64,000 bases of DNA, taken from the NCBI GenBank assembly GCA_016214545.1, contig JACROH010000003.1:3342-67341 (forward strand), in the 5' to 3' direction. The position numbers and the translations under genes were made by a program. This document shows positions 26,413-35,793 of this stretch, piece after piece. Within the stretch, counting starts at the first letter, position 1, and the number at the start of each line of letters is the position of its first letter. The stretch comes from Candidatus Lloydbacteria bacterium. GTDB lineage: Bacteria > Patescibacteriota > Minisyncoccia > Phycocordibacterales > 21-14-all-47-15. Under the pieces are notes generated by a model. The model was given only the letters and a program-made list of their open reading frames with translations. It did not search any database and was not told where the DNA came from.

Positions 26413-29400
26413 TTATTTCTTTTCCGCCAAAACGTTAAACGAAATGCCGTCAATCAAGAATGACTCTCCGGAGATCTCTTTGGCAAAAACAATTGAGCTG
26501 GCACGAACCGTTTTCTGTATTTCTTTCGCAAACGCCTCAATCACGGCACGCCCCTCCTCATCGACAGCAACGGTAAGAGCAATAATATCCGACGGCGTCA
26601 ATCCGATTTTTTTTCGAATATCTTGCACGCTCCGCATAAATTCGCGTGCCTGACCTTCCTGTTTTAATGCGGGGGTAATATTCGTATCAAGAGACACTTC
26701 ATTTTCGATTGAACCACCGAAAACAATCTCCTTCACATTCACTTCATCTTTTATCAACAACAACAATCCTGTATCGTTTTTTATTTTTGAATCCTTGTCC
26801 TTTATGTTAAGCGAGGCGAGCGGCTGGCGCACTTTGATTTTTGATTTCATTCGTTCGTCAAGCGCGAGAGACACGATACGCCGAACCTCTGCCATTGCTT
26901 CAAGCAAAGATGTTTCGTGTTTCATGTTTCGTGTTTCATGTTTTGTCCATTCTTCCAAATGCACGCTCTCCTTTTCCCCACCCATCCGCTGATAAACATC
27001 CTCGGCAATAAACGGCATAAACGGCGCGATAATTTTTGCAAAAAGGAGCAAGGCTTCGCGCGTGGTCTTTCGCGCGTATTCTCTATCCTCCCCTTCTTCC
27101 TTAAACCGATCGCGCGAGCGACGAATGTACCACGTAGACAAATCGTCCACAAAATCACCGATTGGTTTTATGGCGCGGTCAAGTTCATAGGCATCAAGCG
27201 CTTCTTCTACCTGCCTGCCAAGTTCATTGACACGGGAAAGAATCCATTGGTCAAGCACGTTCGGAGATTCGTCTTTTCCGCCCAAGGCAGACGGACCCTC
27301 TTGATAAAGCTCATAAAAAGAAAGCACGTTTTCAAGACGCAAAATAATTTTTTTGTATATTTCGTCAACTCCTTTTTCCGAAAAAAAGAGCGTTTCTCCA
27401 TGCACCACCGGCGAAGAAAGAAGGTAGTATCGGAGCGCATCGGCGCCGTAGGCATTGATAATATCCGCCGGGTCGGGATAATTTTTCAAGCGCTTAGACA
27501 TTTTTTGGCCGTCCTCCGCAAGAATGAGGCCGTTCACAATAACACTCCGATACGCCGTTTCGCCAAAAATCCCCATCGAAAGGACGAGCATGTTATAAAA
27601 CCATCCGCGTGTCTGGTCCAACCCTTCGGCGATAAAGTCCGCCGGAAAATTTGCGCGGAAGAGCCTGCCTTCTTCCGTCGTGTCGTCGCCCAAGTAATGA
27701 AATTGCGCATAGGGCATGGAGCCCGACTCAAACCAGCAGTCAAACACTTCGGGAACGCGGCGCGCCACTCCCCCGCACTGGCAATCAAAAACCATTTCGT
27801 CTATATATGGCCGATGCAGGTCAAGTTCAAAATTCGCATTGTGCGGAAACGGCACAAACGAGAGTTCCATGGCGCCACCGGTCTCAATAAAATCCTCTCC
27901 CGCTTTTTCTTTCATGGCGACCGCTTCTTTCACATCCGCTCCGCGGGCCCCCGCCACGAGCATCCACGCCGGATACTCATGGGTCACTATCAGTATGGTT
28001 TTACCATCGTACGCCGCATCCGTTTCGGAAATAAATTCCATCACGCGACGTTTCATATCAAGAAGCGTCTCTCCATGCGGAGTGGGTTTATAAAATTTCT
28101 CTTCCGGAGATGAAAAATAGCTGTGATACACAGACACTGGCTTGCCGTCCAGGTCGCCGGTGACAAGCTCCCGGAGGCGATTGTCTTCAATGATATCGGC
28201 GCCCGAAAGGCCGAGCGTCTCCGCAAGAATATCGGCGGTCTCTTTGGCGCGCACAAATGGCGACGTGAAAATAAAATCAATTTTTTTGTCCTTCAATTTT
28301 TCTGCGGCGGCTTTCACTTCTCCTTTCCCTTTTTCGGTCAAATGATGCGGCGTGGCAGGATTCCCGCTCAATACATTTTCTTTGTTATGTTCGGCTTCTC
28401 CATGCCGTATCAAGATATACTCATTGCGCGGTTTTTTGCCGCCCATAACGTCGGCAAGTGAGCCGATGACGCGGGACGATTTGCATTTCTCGCACTTCCA
28501 AACGGGAATCGGCGCGCCCCAATATCGCGAGCGGGAAATCGCCCAATCACGCGCCCCTTCCAGCCACTTGCCGAAACGGCCGCCACGGATGTGCTCCGGC
28601 ACAAAATGTATTTTTTTATTCGCCTCAATGAGTTTGTCCTTGAATTTCGCCACGCCTACAAACCACGACGATGCCGCGTAATTCAAAAGAGGCGTGTCAC
28701 ACCGCCAGCAGTGCGGGTACGGGTGCGTTATTTTTTCTTTGGCAAACAAAAGCCCGCGCGCGGCAAGATTTTTTATCATCGCGATATCAGCTTCCTGGGG
28801 ATTTTGTTTGGGCTTCACCAAGGCTCCCGCGAAATCTTTGACTTCGTCTTTAAACCGCCCATCCATACCGACATGCTGAACAAACGGCAAATTATATTTT
28901 TTACCGAGCTCCATGTCGTCTTCGCCAAACGCCGGCGCAATATGGACAATCCCCGTGCCGCTTTCCGTGGTCACAAAATCCGCGCCATACACTTTCCAGC
29001 CGTTTTCGCGGTTCGGCAATTTTTCGTCTTTTGAGTAGTAATCAAAAAGCGGTTTGTACGATTTACCTATTAAAGCGTCGCCTTTGAATTCTTTGAGAAT
29101 TTGGTATTCTTCTTTTACTGTTTCCAAGCGGTTTTTTGCAAGTATGTATTTTTCTTTACCGACAGCAATTAACACGTATAGAATCTCTGTATTCACCGCA
29201 AGCGCCACATTCCCGGGCAGTGTCCACGGCGTCGTCGTCCACGCAAGCAAATAGGTGTCTGGCTCGTCAACCAATTCAAATTTCACATACACCGAAATAT
29301 CGGTGATGTCTTTGTACCCCTGCGTCACTTCGGAAATTGCCAAGGTCGTCTCGCACCGCGGGCAAATATGCATTGATTTGAATCCTTCATAGACGAGCCC

Positions 29401-29922
29401 TTTGTCAAAAAGCGTCTTGAACGCCCACCAGATTGATTCCGTGTACTGCCAATCCATCGTGCGGTAGCTTTTTTCCATGTCCACCCATCGCCCCATGCGC
29501 GGCACCACCTCTTTCCAATCCGTGTCATACCGAAGCACGCTCGCTTTCGCCGCCTCGTTAAATTTCCCCACGCCGAGCGCCTCTATCTCTTTTTTATTTT
29601 TCAAACCGAGCTCTTCTTCAATCAGGTTTTCAATCGGCAGACCGTGACAATCCCAGCCCCACTGACGGCGCACATATTTTCCTTTCATTGTCTGATATCG
29701 AGGAATGACATCTTTAATGGTGCCCGCGAGCAGGTGCCCGTAGTGCGGGAGACCCGTGGCAAACGGCGGTCCGTCGTAAAAAACGAAACGCTCCCCGCCT
29801 TTGTTTTTTTCAAGCGATTTTTGAAAAATATTCCGATCACACCAAAAACGGAGGGTTTTCATTTCCTTTTCGGCGACCTTTGATATTTCTTGTTTTTGCT
29901 CCGGTTCTTTTTTCATGCTCAA
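26413..29922 (-). CDS. ileS: Isoleucyl-tRNA synthetase (type 2) carrying an inserted histidine-phosphatase domain
   Basis: PHYGHLLAG (HIGH), GWDCHGLP, WTTTPWTLPGN (editing domain) and KMSKRLKN. Residues ~500-700 contain ILIRHGEAEHN, TSPFVRAKETA and LIVTHEY. Confidence 0.95.
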   Translation of the reverse strand: MSMKKEPEQKQEISKVAEKEMKTLRFWCDRNIFQKSLEKNKGGERFVFYDGPPFATGLPHYGHLLAGTIKDVIPRYQTMKGKYVRRQWGWDCHGLPIENLIEEELGLKNKKEIEALGVGKFNEAAKASVLRYDTDWKEVVPRMGRWVDMEKSYRTMDWQYTESIWWAFKTLFDKGLVYEGFKSMHICPRCETTLAISEVTQGYKDITDISVYVKFELVDEPDTYLLAWTTTPWTLPGNVALAVNTEILYVLIAVGKEKYILAKNRLETVKEEYQILKEFKGDALIGKSYKPLFDYYSKDEKLPNRENGWKVYGADFVTTESGTGIVHIAPAFGEDDMELGKKYNLPFVQHVGMDGRFKDEVKDFAGALVKPKQNPQEADIAMIKNLAARGLLFAKEKITHPYPHCWRCDTPLLNYAASSWFVGVAKFKDKLIEANKKIHFVPEHIRGGRFGKWLEGARDWAISRSRYWGAPIPVWKCEKCKSSRVIGSLADVMGGKKPRNEYILIRHGEAEHNKENVLSGNPATPHHLTEKGKGEVKAAAEKLKDKKIDFIFTSPFVRAKETADILAETLGLSGADIIEDNRLRELVTGDLDGKPVSVYHSYFSSPEEKFYKPTPHGETLLDMKRRVMEFISETDAAYDGKTILIVTHEYPAWMLVAGARGADVKEAVAMKEKAGEDFIETGGAMELSFVPFPHNANFELDLHRPYIDEMVFDCQCGGVARRVPEVFDCWFESGSMPYAQFHYLGDDTTEEGRLFRANFPADFIAEGLDQTRGWFYNMLVLSMGIFGETAYRSVIVNGLILAEDGQKMSKRLKNYPDPADIINAYGADALRYYLLSSPVVHGETLFFSEKGVDEIYKKIILRLENVLSFYELYQEGPSALGGKDESPNVLDQWILSRVNELGRQVEEALDAYELDRAIKPIGDFVDDLSTWYIRRSRDRFKEEGEDREYARKTTREALLLFAKIIAPFMPFIAEDVYQRMGGEKESVHLEEWTKHETRNMKHETSLLEAMAEVRRIVSLALDERMKSKIKVRQPLASLNIKDKDSKIKNDTGLLLLIKDEVNVKEIVFGGSIENEVSLDTNITPALKQEGQAREFMRSVQDIRKKIGLTPSDIIALTVAVDEEGRAVIEAFAKEIQKTVRASSIVFAKEISGESFLIDGISFNVLAEKK

Positions 29923-30035
29923 AGTGATTTCATCGTATCACGGACGGCAGTAGTTGAAAATCGGTTGTCTTCCTTGTTTCTTGAAGATATCATGATAAAA
30001 GAAGCCCCTTTGGTACCCCTTCATAGGAGGTATTT

Positions 30036-30485
30036 ATGCCGCTGATACGGTTTGTCTCGCCATGGTTATACGTTTTTATGTTTGCCCTAAACGGATGCGC
30101 TCTTGAAAAATATGCCCGTGAGGCCGAAACGAAACCACCTCCTCAAGCAACCGCTCACGGCGAAGAGTCGTTCACCGAAGAAGACCCGTTTGAAAAAGAT
30201 TCTCCGTCGGTTGAATGTTTTGAAAATGAGGAAGCAATAAAAAAAGCGTATGAACGCCTGAAGAAAGCCCGTGAATCTCTCCTTGCCGCCCTTTCTCTCC
30301 CGTCATTTTCGTTTTATACGCTCGAGCACGCCAAAACCCACGAAAAGAAAACGGTGTTTACCGAAAACCACATCCTTCCGCCGCCTTTTAACAACGAAAG
30401 CGAGTGGCGAGTTATAAAAGAAGATACGGCAAAAATAAAAACAATCGCCACCTGCGCGCTCATGCTTGAGCTCCAAAAATTTTAA
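30036..30485 (+). CDS. Hypothetical lipoprotein
   Basis: Lipobox-like FALNGC, SD AGGAGG upstream, and terminator CCCCGAC/GTCGGGG downstream. Confidence 0.5.
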   Translation: MPLIRFVSPWLYVFMFALNGCALEKYAREAETKPPPQATAHGEESFTEEDPFEKDSPSVECFENEEAIKKAYERLKKARESLLAALSLPSFSFYTLEHAKTHEKKTVFTENHILPPPFNNESEWRVIKEDTAKIKTIATCALMLELQKF

Positions 30486-30575
30486 ACCCCGACCTGCGTC
30501 GGGGTTTGTTGTTACATAAAAATTTAGCCCAATTCCGACAATGTCGAAATTGGGCTAGACTCAAAAAAATATTGC

Positions 30576-30950
30576 TCAGTCTTTTTCTAGCAAAACTGAC
30601 AGCAATCTCCTTTGTTTTTCGCTAAGTTGGAAATCCTCCAGCGAAAATCCGCTTGAACTAAAATCGCGTCTCAAAGGATCAAAACCTCTTGTTTTGAGGA
30701 ATTCTATTTTTTCAAGCAAACATTTAATCAACTCCTGAATCTCATTCGCGTAAGAATCTTTCAAGATTCCACGCACCTCAATCTCACTCCCTCCAATGTC
30801 GATCAAACTGATTCCCTCGTACATTAAGGCTTCTTTGAGTTTCTCAATTTTCCCCTTAACATAGTGGGGACGATACATACGGATATTTCTTAGCTCAGTG
30901 AGAAGGTCATTGGCAATACCACTATATTTCTCCGAACTATGTAAATTCAT
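30576..30950 (-). CDS. Hypothetical protein
   Basis: ORF only, in a locally AT-richer stretch; no family recognised. Confidence 0.35.
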   Translation of the reverse strand: MNLHSSEKYSGIANDLLTELRNIRMYRPHYVKGKIEKLKEALMYEGISLIDIGGSEIEVRGILKDSYANEIQELIKCLLEKIEFLKTRGFDPLRRDFSSSGFSLEDFQLSEKQRRLLSVLLEKD

Positions 30951-31072
30951 GATTATTCCTCCATAAATAATTTTGTAGAGAACATCGATGTTTATCGATA
31001 ATAACTTTAACCTATTAAATGCTCAAAGTCAACCCCCTGTAATCCTAATTTGTTTTCTCTTCTTTGCTGAGT

Positions 31073-32653
31073 TTACATCTTCTCCGGCGCGGAAATGCCG
31101 AGCAAAGAGAGCGACTGCTTGAGCGCCGCCCGGGCAAGGAGTGCTAATTTCAGCGCGCCTGCGTTATACGGCGCATCGTCATGCAGAATACGCACATCGC
31201 GGTAAAATTGAGAAAAGGCGGACGCCAATTCATACGCGTACGTAGTCAGTTTGTGTACTTGGTAATCATTCGAGACCGCTTCCGACACTTCGGCAAATTG
31301 AATGACTTTTGAAGCAAGCGCTCGCGCCGCAGGTACTGCAATATCGGAAAGAGTGCTTCCGTCCGAGGTTTTTCCACGCGTATTTTCTTCAATGGAACAA
31401 ATCCGCGCGTGCGCGTACTGCACATAGTACACCGGATTTTCGGCCGATTGTTTTTTTGCGAGTTCCACGTCAAATTCCATGTGCGTTCCGAGCGCTTTTT
31501 CAAGATAAAACCACCGGAGCGCATCAATGCCAACCTCCTCCACCATATCTTCCAAGAGAACTACGGTCCCCGCGCGTTTGCTCATTTTTTTCGTGAGACC
31601 ACCCGCCTTGAGCGACACGAGCTGGGTAATGAAAATTTCAAACTCGACGTCCCAGCCGAGCATTTTTTTTACCGCCTGCATCCGTTTCACATGCCCATGA
31701 TGGTCGGCGCCCCAGATATCAATCAGACGGTCGTACCCGCGCCCGATTTTATCCGCGTGGTAAACAATATCGTTCATAAAGTAGCTCCAGGTGCCATCGC
31801 TTCGCTTCACCACGCGGTCTTCGTCGTCTCCATATTCGCTCGTCTTTATCCACCACGCACCCTCTTTTTCATACACAAACCCTTTTTCGTTAAAAACATC
31901 AAAGAGTATCCGCACAATTCCCGAACCGCGCAATTTTTCATCTTCCGAATACCACACGTCAAAAGGAATGCCCAAGGTGTGTTCTATAAAATGGGCATTT
32001 TCTTTTTGCACTTCTTTCGCAAGGAGAAACCCGGCGTCCGATTCATTTTTGCCCGAAAAACGCAACGTTTTAATTTTTGATTCGAGCTCTAGCGTTTTGT
32101 ACTGTACGCCTTCCCCGAGCGCCGTCTTGCCGAGCTCGATAATTTGCTTGCTCTCGCGCGAATCATTGATGTAAAACTCGCGCGTAACGCTCCCGCCGAC
32201 ATACTCCAAAACCCGCGCGAGCACATCGCCGTAAAACGCGCCACGCCCGTGCCCGATGTGAAGCTTCCCCGTCGGATTTACCGAAATAAATTCAAGATTG
32301 ACGGCCCCCGATTTCCAAAACGAGAATCCGTGCGGGATTTCTTGTCCGATTTTTTCCGCCGTTTCAAAAATCGCCGCATCGGAAAGAAAAAAATTGACAA
32401 ATCCGGGCCCTGCCGCTTCCACGCGCGCGATACGAGAATCTTTTATTAAGGTGAGCCGTTCCGCAAGCGCCGCCGCCAATTCCCGCGGATTTTTTCCCAG
32501 ATTTTTCGCATACAGCAAAGCGGCATTGGTGGCATAATCGCCTTGATTTTGGTCGGCAGGCCGTTCTATAGTCGGCGCGCCATCCGCCACACCAAGGTTG
32601 GCAAGCGCCTCCACGACTATTTTTCTCAATTCCTCGCGTATCATACGTATCAA
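31073..32653 (-). CDS. argS: Arginyl-tRNA synthetase
   Basis: SVNPTGKLHIGHGRG (HIGH region), MSKRAG (KMSK-like), and a C-terminal DALR-type anticodon-binding region. Confidence 0.93.
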   Translation of the reverse strand: MIRMIREELRKIVVEALANLGVADGAPTIERPADQNQGDYATNAALLYAKNLGKNPRELAAALAERLTLIKDSRIARVEAAGPGFVNFFLSDAAIFETAEKIGQEIPHGFSFWKSGAVNLEFISVNPTGKLHIGHGRGAFYGDVLARVLEYVGGSVTREFYINDSRESKQIIELGKTALGEGVQYKTLELESKIKTLRFSGKNESDAGFLLAKEVQKENAHFIEHTLGIPFDVWYSEDEKLRGSGIVRILFDVFNEKGFVYEKEGAWWIKTSEYGDDEDRVVKRSDGTWSYFMNDIVYHADKIGRGYDRLIDIWGADHHGHVKRMQAVKKMLGWDVEFEIFITQLVSLKAGGLTKKMSKRAGTVVLLEDMVEEVGIDALRWFYLEKALGTHMEFDVELAKKQSAENPVYYVQYAHARICSIEENTRGKTSDGSTLSDIAVPAARALASKVIQFAEVSEAVSNDYQVHKLTTYAYELASAFSQFYRDVRILHDDAPYNAGALKLALLARAALKQSLSLLGISAPEKM

Positions 32654-32721
32654 GCATCATAGCATGCAAAATGGGGAAAATTAAAACGCCCCCAAGTAAA
32701 ACTCGGGGGCGCACGCAAGAG

Positions 32722-33336
32722 TCATTTTGTCGTTTGTTGGTTAAGGGACGGCTCAATAATGTCCCAAATATCGGAATGAACGCCCTCTTCTGACTGATTG
32801 GCACATACGAAATTCCAATCTCCGATTTCTTCAGCCATGGCGAGGTATTGTTTACGTACGGCCGAAAGTAAGCGCGTATTTTCTTCGTGGGTATGTCCTT
32901 TTTCTTTCCCTTCGGCAAACGGTTTCCCTTCGAGCAAAATAGAGACATCTTCCACTAAAAATCCGCTATTCATTTCACAGACTTTCTCTTTAGAAACCCC
33001 GGTCGCTATCCCCCAGACAATGCCGGTGGGCGTCCAGTCTTCAGCAACAACCACATGCCCTTCCGCAAGCATCTTTTTTATTCGCGGCTCCGCATCGCGC
33101 CGATTTTCCGCGCACAATTCTACAAATTGCTCAGCGGTAAGTTTCTCCGGATTCCCCTTTCGCAAATAGTCATTGATACGCGGACCGGTAGGAAGCAGGG
33201 TATAGTTTGGAAATTTTATATACCGTGCGCACCGCTCTGTTTTGTTGATTCTTTCCAAAAGCTTGAGCGCTTGCGTTGTTTTCCCGACTCCATTCACTCC
33301 GTATAACGCGATAAAAAGACCTTTTTGTTTAAGCAT
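32722..33336 (-). CDS. tmk: Thymidylate (dTMP) kinase, eukaryote/archaea-like type
   Basis: P-loop ALYGVNGVGKTTQ, then KFPNYTLLPTGPRINDYLRKG (compare FPERSTEIGKLLSSYLQ in human TMPK). Confidence 0.65.
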   Translation of the reverse strand: MLKQKGLFIALYGVNGVGKTTQALKLLERINKTERCARYIKFPNYTLLPTGPRINDYLRKGNPEKLTAEQFVELCAENRRDAEPRIKKMLAEGHVVVAEDWTPTGIVWGIATGVSKEKVCEMNSGFLVEDVSILLEGKPFAEGKEKGHTHEENTRLLSAVRKQYLAMAEEIGDWNFVCANQSEEGVHSDIWDIIEPSLNQQTTK

Positions 33337-33589
33337 CGCCGTTTCTCCCTATTGAATTTGATATGAACAAATACCTTTAAAAGCTCCCGAGACTATAGCT
33401 CATTACGAAAGACGAGACAAGCCCCTCGGTAAAAAGACTCGGGCGATACCTACCAGGCTTTACAACATTAAACAGCCATGATACCCATAATCAAAGTACT
33501 TGGACGAACATTTCGTTTTTTGAAAAATAAAGATTGCTTCAGGGCTTGCCCTGAGGGTAACGAAACAACAACCAACAAGGGAGAAAAGA

Positions 33590-35176
33590 ATGACTGACGA
33601 CATCAATCCTTATATCGAAAAGCAGGGAGAAGAACTCTTCATAACCGAAACCGGAAGAGAGCTTCTGCAAGAATTGGTCACGGACACGAGCGGCAATGTG
33701 TATGTTTTTACACCGAAGGCGTCTCCGCTTCTGGTTGCCGCCGCCATGGCGCGGCTGTCGCGCAGCCCCCACGATTTGAGAAAAACGTATTTGAACGAAT
33801 TTGCGGTAGACCCCCGGCATGCCGAAAACCTCATTGACCGTGTAGTGGCGGGCTATGGAGACGACTCGGTGCAACAGCTTTTTGGCATGCATCTGGTTGT
33901 TGAAAACGCATCGAATCTTTTAACGAAAAAGCTTGAGTGGGGCAGATTTCTTTCTTATCTGGAGCAATCAACCCGCTATATCTTTTTTGACCAAAAGATA
34001 AACGGTGCGTACCGATATTATGTTCCCGACCATTTGCCAAACGAGGTTAAGCATACCTATATCAGGCTCATGGACAACATCTTCACGCACTACTCTCACA
34101 TGGTCAGAGACCTGACGGAATACCTGAGAAAAAAACACGCCGACATCCGCACCGAATCGGGCGATGTCGTTTGGAAAAACACGACGCGCGCTCAGGCATG
34201 CGATGCGGTAAGACCCACCCTGCCCGCCGCGACCACCTCAACGGTCGGAATTTACGGTTCTTCGCAGGGCATAGAAAGCCTGATTATTCATCTCCTTTCC
34301 GAAGAAATCCCCGAATTCCAAAAAGCGGGCAAGGATATCCTCCGTGAAGCCGAAAAGGTGGCCCCGTCATTCATGAAGCGTGCCGGCATGGCAAATCGCG
34401 GACTGGTTACGGCTCACTACCTGCAGGAAAAACGGAGGGTAATTTGCGAACTTGCCGCACAAGAGATTCGAGGCACCCCGTGTGGCAGTGAAAAAGTTGC
34501 CCTGATTGATTATTGGCCCGCGAATGAACTCGACCTTGTTCCTGAAATGCTTTTTTCGGAAACCAATTGGTCTCTTTCGGAGATCCGCAAAAAAACAGCC
34601 GGTTGGACAGACGAGGAAAAAAGTCGAGTATTTGATGCCTATATCGGAATACGACAAAATCGCCGTCATAAACCAGGACGCGCTCTCGAGAAAGTTCATT
34701 ACGAATGGGAAATTGTCGGCGACTACGGCACCTTCCGAGATCTCCAGCGACATCGCGTTGTTGACTCGTGGGAATGGCAGCGGCTGACTCCCGGCTATGG
34801 GTACCGCATTCCTTCTTTGATAAGCGAAGCCGGAATGGAAGAAACGTTTAAAAAATGCTTCGTCCTTTCGGAAACGCTCTATCATTATTTGCGCGACGCT
34901 GGGTTTGAAGAAGAGGCGCAATATGCAACCCTGCTTGGGCATAATATGAGGTATCGGTTTCTATTAAATGGCCGCGCATCTTTCCATTTTCTTGAATTGC
35001 GCAGCCAGCCCGCAGGGCATCCCGGTTATCGCGCCATCGTCACGGAAATGCACCGTCAGCTATCCCAAGTGCATCCGCGAATCGGCAGCGCAATGACATT
35101 TATCAACAAAGCGGACGTGCATCTTTCACGGCTTGAGGCGGAAAAAGCCACCCAAGAAAAATTAAACCGCTTATAA
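33590..35176 (+). CDS. thyX: ThyX-like FAD-dependent thymidylate synthase, double-length (two Thy1-like halves)
   Basis: First half: DDSVQQLFGMHLVVENAS...LSYLEQSTRY. Second half: FRDLQRHRVVD... and FLELRSQPAGHPGYR. At 528 aa it is about twice a normal ThyX. Confidence 0.6.
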   Translation: MTDDINPYIEKQGEELFITETGRELLQELVTDTSGNVYVFTPKASPLLVAAAMARLSRSPHDLRKTYLNEFAVDPRHAENLIDRVVAGYGDDSVQQLFGMHLVVENASNLLTKKLEWGRFLSYLEQSTRYIFFDQKINGAYRYYVPDHLPNEVKHTYIRLMDNIFTHYSHMVRDLTEYLRKKHADIRTESGDVVWKNTTRAQACDAVRPTLPAATTSTVGIYGSSQGIESLIIHLLSEEIPEFQKAGKDILREAEKVAPSFMKRAGMANRGLVTAHYLQEKRRVICELAAQEIRGTPCGSEKVALIDYWPANELDLVPEMLFSETNWSLSEIRKKTAGWTDEEKSRVFDAYIGIRQNRRHKPGRALEKVHYEWEIVGDYGTFRDLQRHRVVDSWEWQRLTPGYGYRIPSLISEAGMEETFKKCFVLSETLYHYLRDAGFEEEAQYATLLGHNMRYRFLLNGRASFHFLELRSQPAGHPGYRAIVTEMHRQLSQVHPRIGSAMTFINKADVHLSRLEAEKATQEKLNRL

Positions 35177-35180
35177 AAAA

Positions 35181-35224
35181 CCCCGCCACTCTCAATGCTG
35201 AGAGTGGCGGGGTTTATTTTTTTA
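35181..35224 (+). terminator. Terminator after thyX
   Basis: 13-bp stem CCCCGCCACTCTC/GAGAGTGGCGGGG plus a T-run. Confidence 0.85.
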
Positions 35225-35247
35225 CTTCACACGGCTCATAAAAACTT

Positions 35248-35378
35248 TCAAAAGGTCCATCGATGTTTCTTATTTCACATCGATCCCTTACAGGGACTGT
35301 ACACCTTTTGGATATATTGCTTCGTAAACTCGCAATCTATCTCAAAAGGTCCATCGATGTTTCTTATTTCACATCGAT
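35248..35378 (-). repeat. Element copy E (partial) bracketed by a 37-bp direct repeat that includes the rplK stop codon
   Basis: 35248..35284 is identical to 35342..35378 (tcaaaaggtccatcgatgtttcttatttcacatcgat). On the minus strand the interior reads GACCTTTTGAGATAGATT...AATATATCCAAAAGGTGTACAGTCCCTGTAAGGGA, matching the H3+H4 part of copies A and B. Confidence 0.8.
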
Positions 35379-35783
35379 GCCCATGCTCCGTGCGGTGCCT
35401 TCAATAATTTTTGAAGCCGCTTCAATGTCGTGGGCATTAAGGTCGGGCATTTTCTTTTCGGCTATTTCACGAATTTGCGCCTTGGTCACGCTTCCCACTT
35501 TATTCACCGCGTTTTTGCCTGAGCCTTTTTCTTTTCCTGCCGCCTTGAGAAGCAAGCTTGACGCCGGCGGAGTTTTTAAAACAAAACTAAAACTGCGGTC
35601 CTCAAAAACGCTGATTTCAACCGGAATAATATCGCCTCTCATTTGCGCGGTTGCGTCGTTAAACCGTTTGACGAACTCGCCGATGTTAACACCCGCTTGT
35701 CCAAGCGCCGGCCCAACCGGAGGCGCCGGAGTCGCTGCTCCGCCGGAAATCTGTAATTTAAGTTTTTTTGTTACTTTTGCCAT
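35364..35783 (-). CDS. rplK: 50S ribosomal protein uL11
   Basis: [26 protein letters not shown] motif. Confidence 0.97.
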   Translation of the reverse strand: MAKVTKKLKLQISGGAATPAPPVGPALGQAGVNIGEFVKRFNDATAQMRGDIIPVEISVFEDRSFSFVLKTPPASSLLLKAAGKEKGSGKNAVNKVGSVTKAQIREIAEKKMPDLNAHDIEAASKIIEGTARSMGIDVK

Positions 35784-35793
35784 ATAATAATTG

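Noticed and set aside
26917-28113. 398-aa plus-strand ORF antisense to ileS, and the many similar long antisense ORFs opposite fusA, tuf, pnp, argS and glmS.
   Set aside because: These are shadow ORFs of strongly supported genes on the other strand. Their products are Arg/Phe/Lys-rich with no recognisable motifs.
27820-28440. Intein as the explanation for the ~200-aa insertion in ileS.
   Set aside because: There are no Cys/Ser/Thr N-terminal junction, no His-Asn C-terminal junction, and no homing-endonuclease motifs. The insert instead carries the RHG, SPxxRAxxTA and THE motifs of histidine phosphatases.
33337-33589. Possible riboswitch in the tmk-thyX divergent spacer.
   Set aside because: There are a few short hairpins but no motif I can match to a known folate, nucleotide or other riboswitch class. 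It is kept only as a remark under the thyX finding.
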